Virus record (IMG/VR): IMGVR_UViG_3300005532_000007
Span: 1-64,000 of that record
Direction: 5' to 3' (one strand)
Length of the DNA: 64,000 nt
Source of the DNA: a virus
Shown here: positions 56,140-64,000 of the stretch, piece after piece
Layout: each line of letters begins with the position of its first letter
Position numbering within the stretch: position 1 is the first letter of the stretch
The notes under the pieces: model-generated
What the model saw: only the letters and a program-made list of their open reading frames with translations
Database searches by the model: none
Told to the model about the DNA's origin: nothing
Position numbers and translations under genes: made by a program

Positions 56140-56598
56140 GTGGACGATGCGCAACAAGGCCGCTGGGTCGACGAGCCGCCCTTACGCGAACTCGCCACTC
56201 CCCCGCCCCACCTGATCCAGACCCACGGCGCGCAACTCGTGCGCATCTACACAATCGACGACCCAGACCCGCGCAGACACGAGGGATACACCGAAGCCCT
56301 GTTCCTCGCCTGGGCGCCGATCCCCAACAGCAGGGACTGGGCGGTGCTCGCCGCGTGGCTCTCCGCCTGGCAGGACGGTGTCCGCACCACCGGGAAGGGA
56401 CGCTACGGCTGGCTGCGGATCGTGATGCCGGCTGATATCGAGAGCGGCCGGGTGCGGGCAGTGAAGCCGTTTGTGATGGATGAGGATGAATGGCATGGCC
56501 ACCATCCTTTGGCGGAGTTCTCGATTGCGGTGCGTGCAGCTGTGGCGAGCCTGCCGGAGGGTCTGCGGGAGCGTGCGGTCAGGCCGCGCGAGACGTGA
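56140..56598 (+). CDS. Hypothetical protein
   Basis: ORF with GAGG RBS. Confidence 0.6.
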   Translation: MDDAQQGRWVDEPPLRELATPPPHLIQTHGAQLVRIYTIDDPDPRRHEGYTEALFLAWAPIPNSRDWAVLAAWLSAWQDGVRTTGKGRYGWLRIVMPADIESGRVRAVKPFVMDEDEWHGHHPLAEFSIAVRAAVASLPEGLRERAVRPRET

Positions 56599-56788
56599 CG
56601 CCGCGGCGGCGCTGGTTGCGTTCCCGGACGGTGCGCAGCGCGGCCATGGGCAGCGCGGCGGCGAGCGTGCCGACCGTGAGCAGCGCGGCCAGCGCGTATC
56701 CGATTGCGGCGATCCCGAGTGTGAGCAGCCAGAAGAACAAGCCGCCGCTGACTGTGGTACGGCGTGTGGTGCGCGCGTGCACGCGCAT
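56579..56788 (-). CDS. Small membrane protein
   Basis: GGGAGG RBS; long hydrophobic segment. Confidence 0.55.
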   Translation of the reverse strand: MRVHARTTRRTTVSGGLFFWLLTLGIAAIGYALAALLTVGTLAAALPMAALRTVRERNQRRRGVTSRAA

Positions 56789-56864
56789 CGTGGTTTCCCT
56801 CCCCTGCGGCGCTTTGCCGCTACAGCACACAATACCCGCGGTCGCCGACTGCCATGCTGGGAGG

Positions 56865-57122
56865 GTGTTCTCCTTTGGTCCTTTCTCGCCGCTGCAATCG
56901 GCCATACGGGCGCAACAGGCGCAGATCGATGCGCACACCAAGCGGCACGATGACGAGCTACTCGGATTGCCGCCGCGCGGCCCGGAGTTTGGCCGTGCGC
57001 CGAGCCATGAGCCGTCGTTTCTACGCCCGGTGGAGGGGCTGCGCCCGTCGCGCGTTCCGAAGTGGCTGATCCGCTGGCGGTGGGGGCGCTATCGTGTGCG
57101 CAGGGTCGGCCGCCAGCAATAG
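56865..57122 (+). CDS. Hypothetical protein
   Basis: Protein-like frame divergent from the membrane gene. Confidence 0.45.
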   Translation: MFSFGPFSPLQSAIRAQQAQIDAHTKRHDDELLGLPPRGPEFGRAPSHEPSFLRPVEGLRPSRVPKWLIRWRWGRYRVRRVGRQQ

Positions 57123-57355
57123 GAACCATCTTCGCGGGCCGACCCGAGGAACCCCATCTCAAAGAGAGGGGGACGCAAAGGGAAGGGAGCCAGACCCTTG
57201 AGTCTGGCGGGCTCCGCTAAGCCCCGAGAGGCGGTCCCTGTCCCCCGACGATGCAGGGCGTGCCTCCGATGCCGTGGCAGTGGCGGCGGGAGCAGGTGGC
57301 CCGGCGGGTGCCCTGGCCGACCATGGCCAGGGCATCACGCTTTAAGGTGTCAGGC

Positions 57356-57700
57356 ATGGACAAAATCGAGGTCGCATTCAGCGTGAAGCCAGGTGACTGG
57401 ATCTGGGATGACCTCGACGTGCGCGCGGCACGGATCAGCGAAGAGCTCGCGGCGCTACAGCGCACCACCTATCCGTGGCTGACCGGGACCTGCGTGTGGA
57501 ACAGCATCGACGGCGCTGACGATGCCGTCGCCAGGACGCCGGGAAACATGGTCGTCAGCGCGGACCTGCATGATGATCAGCCGGTCACTGAGGTGCTGAC
57601 CAGGGTGACGCGGGGGATGTGCCCGGGATTCGAGTTCGAATCGATCACGGCGTCAGTGGTCCACTACGAGGACGACGAGGGCTTTGAGTTGAGTGTTTAG
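57356..57700 (+). CDS. Hypothetical protein, probably leaderless
   Basis: TAAGGT-N6-ATG; MDKIEVAFSV. Confidence 0.65.
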   Translation: MDKIEVAFSVKPGDWIWDDLDVRAARISEELAALQRTTYPWLTGTCVWNSIDGADDAVARTPGNMVVSADLHDDQPVTEVLTRVTRGMCPGFEFESITASVVHYEDDEGFELSV

Positions 57701-57827
57701 TGCCGGGAGCCGGATTTGAACCGGCCTCAAACCACCTGATCGGGCCCGTTCCCCTGCGCGGAGCACGGGGCGCGGCCCGGGCTGCTCGGCCTACCGCGTG
57801 AGCGGGTACCACCTGGCATATCCCGGC
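57701..57827 (-). ncRNA. Enlarged tRNA-like RNA (127 nt)
   Basis: Acceptor GCCGGGA/TCCCGGC-A, T-arm GCCGG-TTCAAAT-CCGGC, U8A9 and D-loop AGGTGGTA, expanded centre without a canonical anticodon loop. Confidence 0.75.
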
Positions 57828-57836
57828 AGATCGAGG

Positions 57837-58217
57837 CTAGTCGCCGTCCGCGTCCGAACCGGGCGCCTCGTTGACGAACGGTCCGTCATGACGCTCGACG
57901 ATCAACGTGAGCTGCGGGCCCACAGTCGGCATCGGCTCGTTGGCTGGCCAATTCGTTGACCCGCGCTGCGAAAACATCCACGACCGTTCGATCACCTTGT
58001 ATCCGTCGCCGAACAACACGAGGTCGCCGACCTGCGGCGGGTGCATCGACCAGATGTCCATCAGGCTGCTGTGGTACTTGCCGGTGTCGACGGGTTCGTA
58101 CCGGTAGAGCGGCGCGCCGTCGGCTCCGAGCACGGGGTCGCCGTCGACCGTCACAGGCGTGCGGACGTAAAAGGACAGGTTGACGAGGTGGCGCTGCGGG
58201 TGCTGTTCCATGGTCAC
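57837..58217 (-). CDS. Hypothetical phage protein
   Basis: HPPQVGDLV..VIERSW..GS.NWP; TAAGGAAG RBS. Confidence 0.7.
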   Translation of the reverse strand: MTMEQHPQRHLVNLSFYVRTPVTVDGDPVLGADGAPLYRYEPVDTGKYHSSLMDIWSMHPPQVGDLVLFGDGYKVIERSWMFSQRGSTNWPANEPMPTVGPQLTLIVERHDGPFVNEAPGSDADGD

Positions 58218-58588
58218 GCTTCCTTAATCGCAGTGAACGTCTCGCACGGCCACGCCTCCGGGTTCGCTTCCCACCCATCGACCGGATGCGCGCACTCCGC
58301 CCAGCCCATCACGCCCTGAACCGGATGATGGACCTTCAACACGGCGAGCGCCGGCGCGTTCCCAGCCAGCCGCTCGCACACCGCCTTCCAGTCGGCTTGG
58401 GCCTGCGCGAGCTGGTCGGCGCGTTCCTGCTCGCGTTTCCGATTCGCCTCGGCGCGTTGCGCGGGTGTCATCGCGGCCTGACGGCGTTCGGATTCCCGCA
58501 TCGCCTCGGCGTCGGCAAGGTCGTCCTCGCTCACCTGGACGTGCATCGGGAAGCGACGCGCCTGCAACGGCTGCTCGGGGCCGACCAT
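58214..58588 (-). CDS. Hypothetical phage protein
   Basis: VL..H.P...C.....WPC.T motif. Confidence 0.7.
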   Translation of the reverse strand: MVGPEQPLQARRFPMHVQVSEDDLADAEAMRESERRQAAMTPAQRAEANRKREQERADQLAQAQADWKAVCERLAGNAPALAVLKVHHPVQGVMGWAECAHPVDGWEANPEAWPCETFTAIKEA

Positions 58589-58884
58589 CAGCAGCACACC
58601 TCGCCGGGCGTCGTGTGCGCGCCGATGCAGCCGGGAAGACCGCACCGGTACGGGCCGCGTGCGATCTCCTCGTCGCGCGGGATCCGTGACGCGGGCGGCT
58701 GCATCTCGTTGACCATGGTTACGCGCTCCGCTGGGATCGTCACCGTGACCGTCGGCGTCTTGTCTAACGCGGGCGCGGGCACGACGATCCCCGCCGTGTA
58801 CCAAGGGAACGGCTGCCCGTCGATCGTGATCTGCGGCGCTCCGTGCTTGTCCTGGTCGACGCGGATCTCCTTCGCGAACTCCAC
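58588..58884 (-). CDS. Hypothetical phage protein
   Basis: IDG.PFPW..PTVTVTIPA.RV motif. Confidence 0.65.
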   Translation of the reverse strand: MEFAKEIRVDQDKHGAPQITIDGQPFPWYTAGIVVPAPALDKTPTVTVTIPAERVTMVNEMQPPASRIPRDEEIARGPYRCGLPGCIGAHTTPGEVCC

Positions 58885-58885
58885 G

Positions 58886-59080
58886 TCAGCTCTCCACTTC
58901 GCGGTCGACCTGAACACTGCCGTCGACCGGCAGTCCGGCGGCGCGGCGTTTCGCGTGGCCCGCGTCGATCGCGTCCGCGAGCAGCGGCACACGGCGCGCC
59001 CACGCGGGCAGTACCAGCGGATGCACGAACGGGTCCGTCGTGCCATACAGGAGCTCCGCCGTCACGGGTTCGCTGGCCAT
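58886..59080 (-). CDS. Hypothetical protein
   Basis: Coupled ORF. Confidence 0.5.
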   Translation of the reverse strand: MASEPVTAELLYGTTDPFVHPLVLPAWARRVPLLADAIDAGHAKRRAAGLPVDGSVQVDREVES

Positions 59081-59586
59081 TCCCGCTCCGCTGTCGTCAA
59101 TTGCACGCCGCTGCCGCTGTGACCCGCGTCGAACCAGCCCGCGCCCAGCACGTCGCACTCGTTGTCCGTCCACGACCGCGACTGCCCGTCCGGCTGCGTC
59201 GAATGATGGCGCTTCTCTGGCCCGTGCGGCGGCAACTCGCACCGGGTGCGGTAAGCCGTCGCGCTCAGCGACGCGCCACACGTACCGGCCGGCGTCCATA
59301 TCTGCCCGAGTGTCTCCGGCAGCCGCGTGAGCTTCTCGCCGCGTTCCCGCACCGCCTGACCCACCGCAGTCAGCAACCGGCCGAGCGGATGCGTGCCGAC
59401 ATGCTCCGACACCGCCTGCTCCACGACCGGCTCGGTGCCGCTGGTCTCCCAGTCGCACTCGTGGCACTGCGCCCGGAACCAGCCGGGTGAGCGCACGGAG
59501 TCGGTGTCCTCGAACACGAACACGCGGTCGGCTTCGGCACGAAACAGGTGGTCGATCTGGTGCGCGGTGTACTGGTCCGGGGTCAT
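59062..59586 (-). CDS. Hypothetical protein with zinc-type motifs
   Basis: CHECDW..H, C....C.L...H...H. Confidence 0.6.
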   Translation of the reverse strand: MTPDQYTAHQIDHLFRAEADRVFVFEDTDSVRSPGWFRAQCHECDWETSGTEPVVEQAVSEHVGTHPLGRLLTAVGQAVRERGEKLTRLPETLGQIWTPAGTCGASLSATAYRTRCELPPHGPEKRHHSTQPDGQSRSWTDNECDVLGAGWFDAGHSGSGVQLTTAEREWPANP

Positions 59587-59792
59587 CACGAACCCAGCGT
59601 ATCCATCGTGACCGTCTTGGCCTCGGTCTTCGGGCAGCGCGTACACGCCCGGATCCGCTGCACGAGATCAACGCCACGCCATGTGAACCGGCGCGGGTCC
59701 GACCACGGCCCGAACCGGTGACCGAGCAGCCGGCACATCAGCCGCGCGGCGTGCACGCGGCGGTCGCCCCATAGGTCGGCACGTAGATTCAC
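59586..59792 (-). CDS. Small zinc-ribbon protein
   Basis: CRLLGHR..R.CTRC. Confidence 0.65.
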   Translation of the reverse strand: MNLRADLWGDRRVHAARLMCRLLGHRFGPWSDPRRFTWRGVDLVQRIRACTRCPKTEAKTVTMDTLGS

Positions 59793-59837
59793 GATCAGGT
59801 TCCCCCTTGTCGGGCCGGGTGCAACTGAACCGCGGGT

Positions 59838-60215
59838 TCAGTTGGAAGTCCCGGCCGAACTAGCAACATCACTTGACCCGTCGTTGCGCGCTAGCCACGC
59901 CTCCAGCGCGCCGCGCACCGGCTCGTCCGGCACGATGCCTTGAGCCAGACGGGTCAACACCGACGCCGGCGCACCCACGAGCCGGGCCAGCTCGCGCCAC
60001 GTCACCCCGAGTTGGGTGCGGGCCGCGTCCAGTCGAGCGTAGAGATCCGCCGCGGCCGGGTGCGGCGGATGCAGAAGTTCGTGGTGGCGTTGCGCGGCGG
60101 CCACGATCTCGGCGAGCGCCGCGATGCCTTCCGCGGTCGGTTCCCGGTCGCCGCGCACGATGACGACCTGCCCGTCTGGCAGCTCGACTGGACGGCACTG
60201 GTCACGTCGTCGCAT
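59838..60215 (-). CDS. HTH DNA-binding protein
   Basis: LYARLDAAR...GVTWRELAR.VG..ASVLTRLAQG..P. Confidence 0.7.
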   Translation of the reverse strand: MRRRDQCRPVELPDGQVVIVRGDREPTAEGIAALAEIVAAAQRHHELLHPPHPAAADLYARLDAARTQLGVTWRELARLVGAPASVLTRLAQGIVPDEPVRGALEAWLARNDGSSDVASSAGTSN

Positions 60216-60735
60216 GCGGCGGCTCCCAGGGTTGCGGCGTGAGGTCGGCGCGCAGGTACAGCGGATGCCGAGGCTGCCCCGCGCCGGTCAACGCCAGCGC
60301 GTGCAACCGGCCCGCACCCGGCGCCTTGCGGTGGATCTGAAGGAACCGCGCTATCCGATCCGGCCGAGCATGCGCACCCCACGCCACCACCACCTCGTGA
60401 CCGGTCAGCGTCTCGCGCAGATGCTCGTCATTGTCCGGTCCTATCGGATCAGCCGCGCGCCACAGGTCGCTCGGCTCCGTCGCCCGGTACGCGTACAGGT
60501 TCACGACGATCAACCGGCTGAAACCCATGCGCCTGCTGAATCCGGTGATGCGCCGCAGCGTCGGGTCGTCCGTGTACGCGTCCGCGGTGGAGGGATTGAG
60601 CATCACCCAGGTGACGGTGAACCCGCCGGGCGCCCAGCGGCGTTCGAGCCGGTACCGGTAGAGGCCATCGTCGGAGATGACGGCGGTACGGTCGGCGCCG
60701 AACTCGTCGAGCGCGAGCGCGGTCTGCTCAGTCAC
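60202..60735 (-). CDS. DUF1643 family protein
   Basis: YRYRLERRW, MLNPSTAD...DDPT, VNLYAYRAT.P, AWG, PRHPLY. Confidence 0.9.
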   Translation of the reverse strand: MTEQTALALDEFGADRTAVISDDGLYRYRLERRWAPGGFTVTWVMLNPSTADAYTDDPTLRRITGFSRRMGFSRLIVVNLYAYRATEPSDLWRAADPIGPDNDEHLRETLTGHEVVVAWGAHARPDRIARFLQIHRKAPGAGRLHALALTGAGQPRHPLYLRADLTPQPWEPPHATT

Positions 60736-61282
60736 CGAACACCTGCGCCCACGGGCACACAGTGCGCCGCATCAACGTCCACCGCGACGCCTCCGCCTCG
60801 GTGACCGACAACACCACCTCGCGCGCATCACCCTCACAGTCCATCGGATGCAGGAACTCGCGGCCCATCACGGACGTGAACCGCACCGCCCACTCAAACT
60901 TGATCACGCCCGGGTCCGCAGTCTCGGGAATAACCGAACGCACCTCGCCGATCATCTCCCGGATCTGCTCCGCGCCCGTGACATCGCCGCTGTCCTCGCG
61001 GGCGTCTGCGTATCCGGCGAGGCCGTGCATGACTAGGGCGATCAGGCGTAGCCGTTCGTGCAGGTCGAGGGCGTCGTGTGATTCGTGGCGTAGGGTCAGG
61101 CCCGCGTTGTCGGCGGCGCGCAGCCAGTGCCGGGCTTCGGTGGTCGCTCGCTCGCGTTGGTACTCGTCGAGCGCCTCCCAGGGCGGGGCGGGAAATGTGT
61201 TGGCGCGTGAGGCGATGTGCTGGCGTGCCATGGCCAGGCGCACGGCTTGATCGCGTTCGGCGTCAGATGTGAAGTCAGGCAT
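60728..61282 (-). CDS. Hypothetical protein
   Basis: Coupled ORF. Confidence 0.6.
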   Translation of the reverse strand: MPDFTSDAERDQAVRLAMARQHIASRANTFPAPPWEALDEYQRERATTEARHWLRAADNAGLTLRHESHDALDLHERLRLIALVMHGLAGYADAREDSGDVTGAEQIREMIGEVRSVIPETADPGVIKFEWAVRFTSVMGREFLHPMDCEGDAREVVLSVTEAEASRWTLMRRTVCPWAQVFGD

Positions 61283-61703
61283 CAGCGGCCTCGATCCCGG
61301 CGAGCACCCCGAGCTCACCCATCCCGTGTAGCCCGGCCAGATCCGTCACCATCATCGCGACGTGATGCGCATAGTCCGAGAACCGCGTCGAGTCCAGCAC
61401 CATCACGATGCTGCCCTCCCCGATCCAGCCCGGCCGCTTGACGTTCTTGGCCCACTCGGAACACTCGTCGTACTGCTTGAACAGGGTCCAGCCGAGCGCG
61501 GTCAGGAACGCACGTATCCGCGCCGGGCTGTGGTGTTCGCGGCTGATGAACGGTTCCAGCGAGCGGGGCATGACGCGCAGCCTGCGCGCGGCCTCGGCTT
61601 CGTTGCAGAGCGCCTCGAGAACGGGTGCCAGTTCGGCTGCGAGGCCGCCCTCGTCAGCGGCGGCGGTCTTAGCCAGGGCGCGTGCCTGGGTCAGGTCGAT
61701 CAT
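61275..61703 (-). CDS. Hypothetical protein
   Basis: GAGGAG RBS; FL...GW, FSDY motifs. Confidence 0.6.
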   Translation of the reverse strand: MIDLTQARALAKTAAADEGGLAAELAPVLEALCNEAEAARRLRVMPRSLEPFISREHHSPARIRAFLTALGWTLFKQYDECSEWAKNVKRPGWIGEGSIVMVLDSTRFSDYAHHVAMMVTDLAGLHGMGELGVLAGIEAADA

Positions 61704-62092
61704 GACGGGTGCTCCTCGTCGCTCAGGGATTCGATCTGCTCCAGCAATCGCCGGCGCCCGTTGGCCCACCCGTTCGCGTATGCCTCGGTCGGGCTGGCCA
61801 TGAGTAGAGTCACGGGGCCGCGCGCCAGCACGTCCTCCCAGTGAGGGTGCAGCGGCACCTCGTTCGGGCCCGGGCGGGGCGCGGGCCCGCGGTCTGTGAG
61901 CTTCTCCAACTCGCTGCGCGGATCGACCCACGCCTTCGGGCGGCCGAACTCGCCGCCGAGTGGATACCAATTCCCGATGTTCGCGCCCGAACGAACCCAG
62001 ATCTCCTGCCGCCGATAGTCGCCCCAGTGTACGGCGACGATCGCGCCGGACTCCTGCGGCTCGTCCTCGCAGCCGACTGCTTCGGCGGTCAC
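61700..62092 (-). CDS. Hypothetical protein
   Basis: Coupled ORF. Confidence 0.6.
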   Translation of the reverse strand: MTAEAVGCEDEPQESGAIVAVHWGDYRRQEIWVRSGANIGNWYPLGGEFGRPKAWVDPRSELEKLTDRGPAPRPGPNEVPLHPHWEDVLARGPVTLLMASPTEAYANGWANGRRRLLEQIESLSDEEHPS

Positions 62093-62652
62093 GTCAGAAT
62101 CTCTTTCAGGTCGTCTCGGGTGATGTGCTGCCGCTGGTCGACGGCCCTTTGCCACGCCGCGCGCACTGCGGGCAGCAGCCCGAAGGCCACCGACTCCAGG
62201 CACCCGGCCGGCATGTCCGCGTCGGCCGCGATCCGCCGCTCGGCATGCGCTCAGTTGATCGGCCACTCGGACTCGATGACCGAGGCGAGCGTCCCGTCCG
62301 GCGACCACAGAAGCCAGCCGCGCGAGAACTGCCCGGTCACCGCCGTCAGCATCGCGAGCACGTCCTCGGCCCGATCCGCGACCTGCTGGCAGAACTCCTC
62401 ACCCAGCAGCAGGATCCGCGGCCCATCGCCGTAGGGAATCGTGCGGCGTCCGAGTTCCATCGGGTAGCCGCCACTGTCCCCGTAGGCGACGATCCGCAGC
62501 GCGTCCTCGCAGGGCGCGAGCGCCACGGTGAGCGGTGTGGCGGGAGCGCCGGGTTCTACGAGCACGAACGGTTCGTCGGGGCAGCATTCGATCAGCGCCG
62601 TGCACACGCAGCGGGCGATCTCGTTGCCACGGATCTCGATGACGGCCATCAC
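62089..62652 (-). pseudogene. Hypothetical gene with in-frame TGA at 62251-62253
   Basis: The frame continues 53 codons past the stop to a second stop that overlaps the next start codon. Confidence 0.5.
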
Positions 62653-63029
62653 GTGCCCCTCTCGTTGAGCTCCGGGTAGCCCTCGTGGCGCAGCCAGCGG
62701 GACACCGCCGCGCGGCGCGCCTTGGCCTGCTCGTACGCCTCACGGTCGATGGTGCGGCCGGCGAAGAAGTCGTTGTGGAACGTGTCGACGCCGCCGGCGT
62801 GCAGTTCGATCGACCACACGTCCAGATCGGGTAGGCGCTGGCCGTCGTGGAACGCGGCGAGGGCCGTGGAGGCTTTGGCCATGGCGCTGTCGAACGCGGC
62901 CTGGGCCTTGGCGAGTTCAGCGTGCGCCGTTTCCATCTGGGCTGTGTAGTAGCCCTCGATTTCTTCGCGGGCGATCTGCTCGTCGTCGGGCTGCATCGGC
63001 TCGAGCTTCGGGCGTTTCGCGGCCATCAC
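62649..63029 (-). CDS. Hypothetical protein
   Basis: GGAGG RBS; coupled. Confidence 0.65.
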   Translation of the reverse strand: MMAAKRPKLEPMQPDDEQIAREEIEGYYTAQMETAHAELAKAQAAFDSAMAKASTALAAFHDGQRLPDLDVWSIELHAGGVDTFHNDFFAGRTIDREAYEQAKARRAAVSRWLRHEGYPELNERGT

Positions 63030-63109
63030 ACGCCTCCGATCCGGATCTCGGCTGCGGTCAGCGGCGGGTCAATCCGGATCTCGCCGCTGTAACGGTTCTC
63101 GTAGCTCAC
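63026..63109 (-). pseudogene. 27-codon remnant (DUF6205-like N-terminus)
   Basis: AAGGAG RBS; MSY....GEIRIDPPLT.AEIR then an immediate stop coupled to the next gene. Confidence 0.4.
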
Positions 63110-63168
63110 GGTGCTCCTTCGGTTTGGGCCGCGCGCGCTTCGGGTGGTGGACCGAGCGCGCACGGAGA

Positions 63169-63474
63169 TCAGTGGGTAGCGGGGTCGAACTCGACCACGA
63201 GCGGGGCGAGGCGACGCGCCACCTGCTGCACCCCGGCATCGGCCAGCGCGTCCAGCACCGCGGACAGGACCGCGTCGTACAGGCCGGGTGGCACCTCGCA
63301 CGTGACGCCCTCGCCGTGGCAGCGCGCGCACGGCCGGGACGCGTACGGCTCCAGGACACGGGCCTGCGTGCGGTGGCCGTTGCAGCTGCGGCAGGTCGCG
63401 ATCTGGATCTCGTTCTGCAGGTCCACGATCGCGCTGGCGAGGTCCACGACGCTCGGAGTTGTCTCGGCCATCAC
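63169..63474 (-). CDS. Zinc-ribbon hypothetical protein
   Basis: CRSCNG..CARCHGEG. Confidence 0.65.
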   Translation of the reverse strand: MMAETTPSVVDLASAIVDLQNEIQIATCRSCNGHRTQARVLEPYASRPCARCHGEGVTCEVPPGLYDAVLSAVLDALADAGVQQVARRLAPLVVEFDPATH

Positions 63475-64000
63475 GCGATCAGTTCGCTCGCGTGCATCGC
63501 CGTGACCACCGCGCCGTCACGCCACACCAGCCGCAGCGGACCGAACGAGTCGTAAGCGCGCTCGGCGGCCATACCGTCGCCACCGACGTAGAGGTGTCCG
63601 CCAGCGCCACAAACCAGCGGCTGCGGGATCGACTTCTCGAGGTTGCCGAGCCACACGTCGCCGACCTGCGGCGGCCAGAACGTCGACCTCGGGTCAGGCT
63701 CGGGTGGCGTAGGCTCGGCGCCCTTCGGCGCGAGCAGCTCCAGCGCGCCCTCCACGGTCTCGGCGTGCGGGATCGCCTTATGCACGCCCGTGACCCGCAG
63801 CGATTTCCCGGGGCGGCTGTCGAGGTCTACGAGGAGGGCCAGCCGGCCGCCGTGCGCTACCGCGCGCTTGGCTGCGCCGACGATCACGCCGAGGCCCGTC
63901 GAGTCGAGCAGGTCCACGCCGCGCAGGTCGATCACCTGCCGGTATCGGGCCTCGTTGATCAGGCCGATCAGCTTGCTGCGCAGTTCGGGCGCGGCGTACA
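63471..64000 (-). CDS. STAS anti-anti-sigma factor (BldG/RsbV-like) fused to a phage domain; 5' end beyond the window
   Basis: YAAPELR..L..LI......VIDL.GVDLLDSTGLGVIVG..KR..AHGG.L.L; C-terminal WPPQVGDVW domain. Confidence 0.85.
   Translation of the reverse strand, partial: YAAPELRSKLIGLINEARYRQVIDLRGVDLLDSTGLGVIVGAAKRAVAHGGRLALLVDLDSRPGKSLRVTGVHKAIPHAETVEGALELLAPKGAEPTPPEPDPRSTFWPPQVGDVWLGNLEKSIPQPLVCGAGGHLYVGGDGMAAERAYDSFGPLRLVWRDGAVVTAMHASELIA

Larger units (their letters stand above)
4..64000. mobile_element. Temperate siphovirus-like prophage of an actinomycete (continues beyond the right edge)
   Basis: att-like tRNA fragment at the left end, then syntenic terminase-portal-scaffold-capsid-neck-tail-TMP-lysis genes, a replication initiator and many small coupled early genes; no host housekeeping genes. 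Confidence 0.95.

Noticed and set aside
57794-57805. UCA in a loop of the tRNA-like RNA as a UGA-suppressor or selenocysteine anticodon
   Set aside because: It lies in a 4-nt loop inserted in the D loop, not a 7-nt anticodon loop, and no selenocysteine machinery is visible

Overview
The whole window is the left ~64 kb of a large temperate siphovirus-type prophage in a high-GC actinomycete. It begins at a duplicated tRNA 3' fragment (att site, 4-30). Then come packaging, head, fibre, neck and tail genes (199-25463, +), a small leftward accessory block (JAB/Mec-type peptidase, RNase AS-like exonuclease, glycosyltransferase fragment) and lysis genes (28883-31076). An ~11 kb leftward block follows that looks like the transfer/control module of an actinomycete integrative conjugative element (TraB/FtsK-like translocase, DUF2637, Nudix, Xis, GntR/KorSA-like repressor) but has no integrase or RCR Rep of its own. 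After that are a phage replication initiator with iterons and a long run of small early genes, including a solo TnpB, an XRE-DUF5753/DUF6879 cluster, STAS and anti-sigma-like genes and an enlarged tRNA-like RNA. The integrase and the intact tRNA are not in the window. The most notable signals are: (i) scaffold and major capsid protein share an N-terminal leader ending in Gly-Gly-Ala while the phage carries a JAB peptidase and no recognisable prohead protease; (ii) the phage/conjugative-module hybrid architecture with clt-like 8-mer repeats; (iii) the 127-nt tRNA mimic; (iv) an apparently immobilised TnpB behind a PafBC-type DNA-damage promoter. All family assignments come from motif recognition by eye, not database searches.
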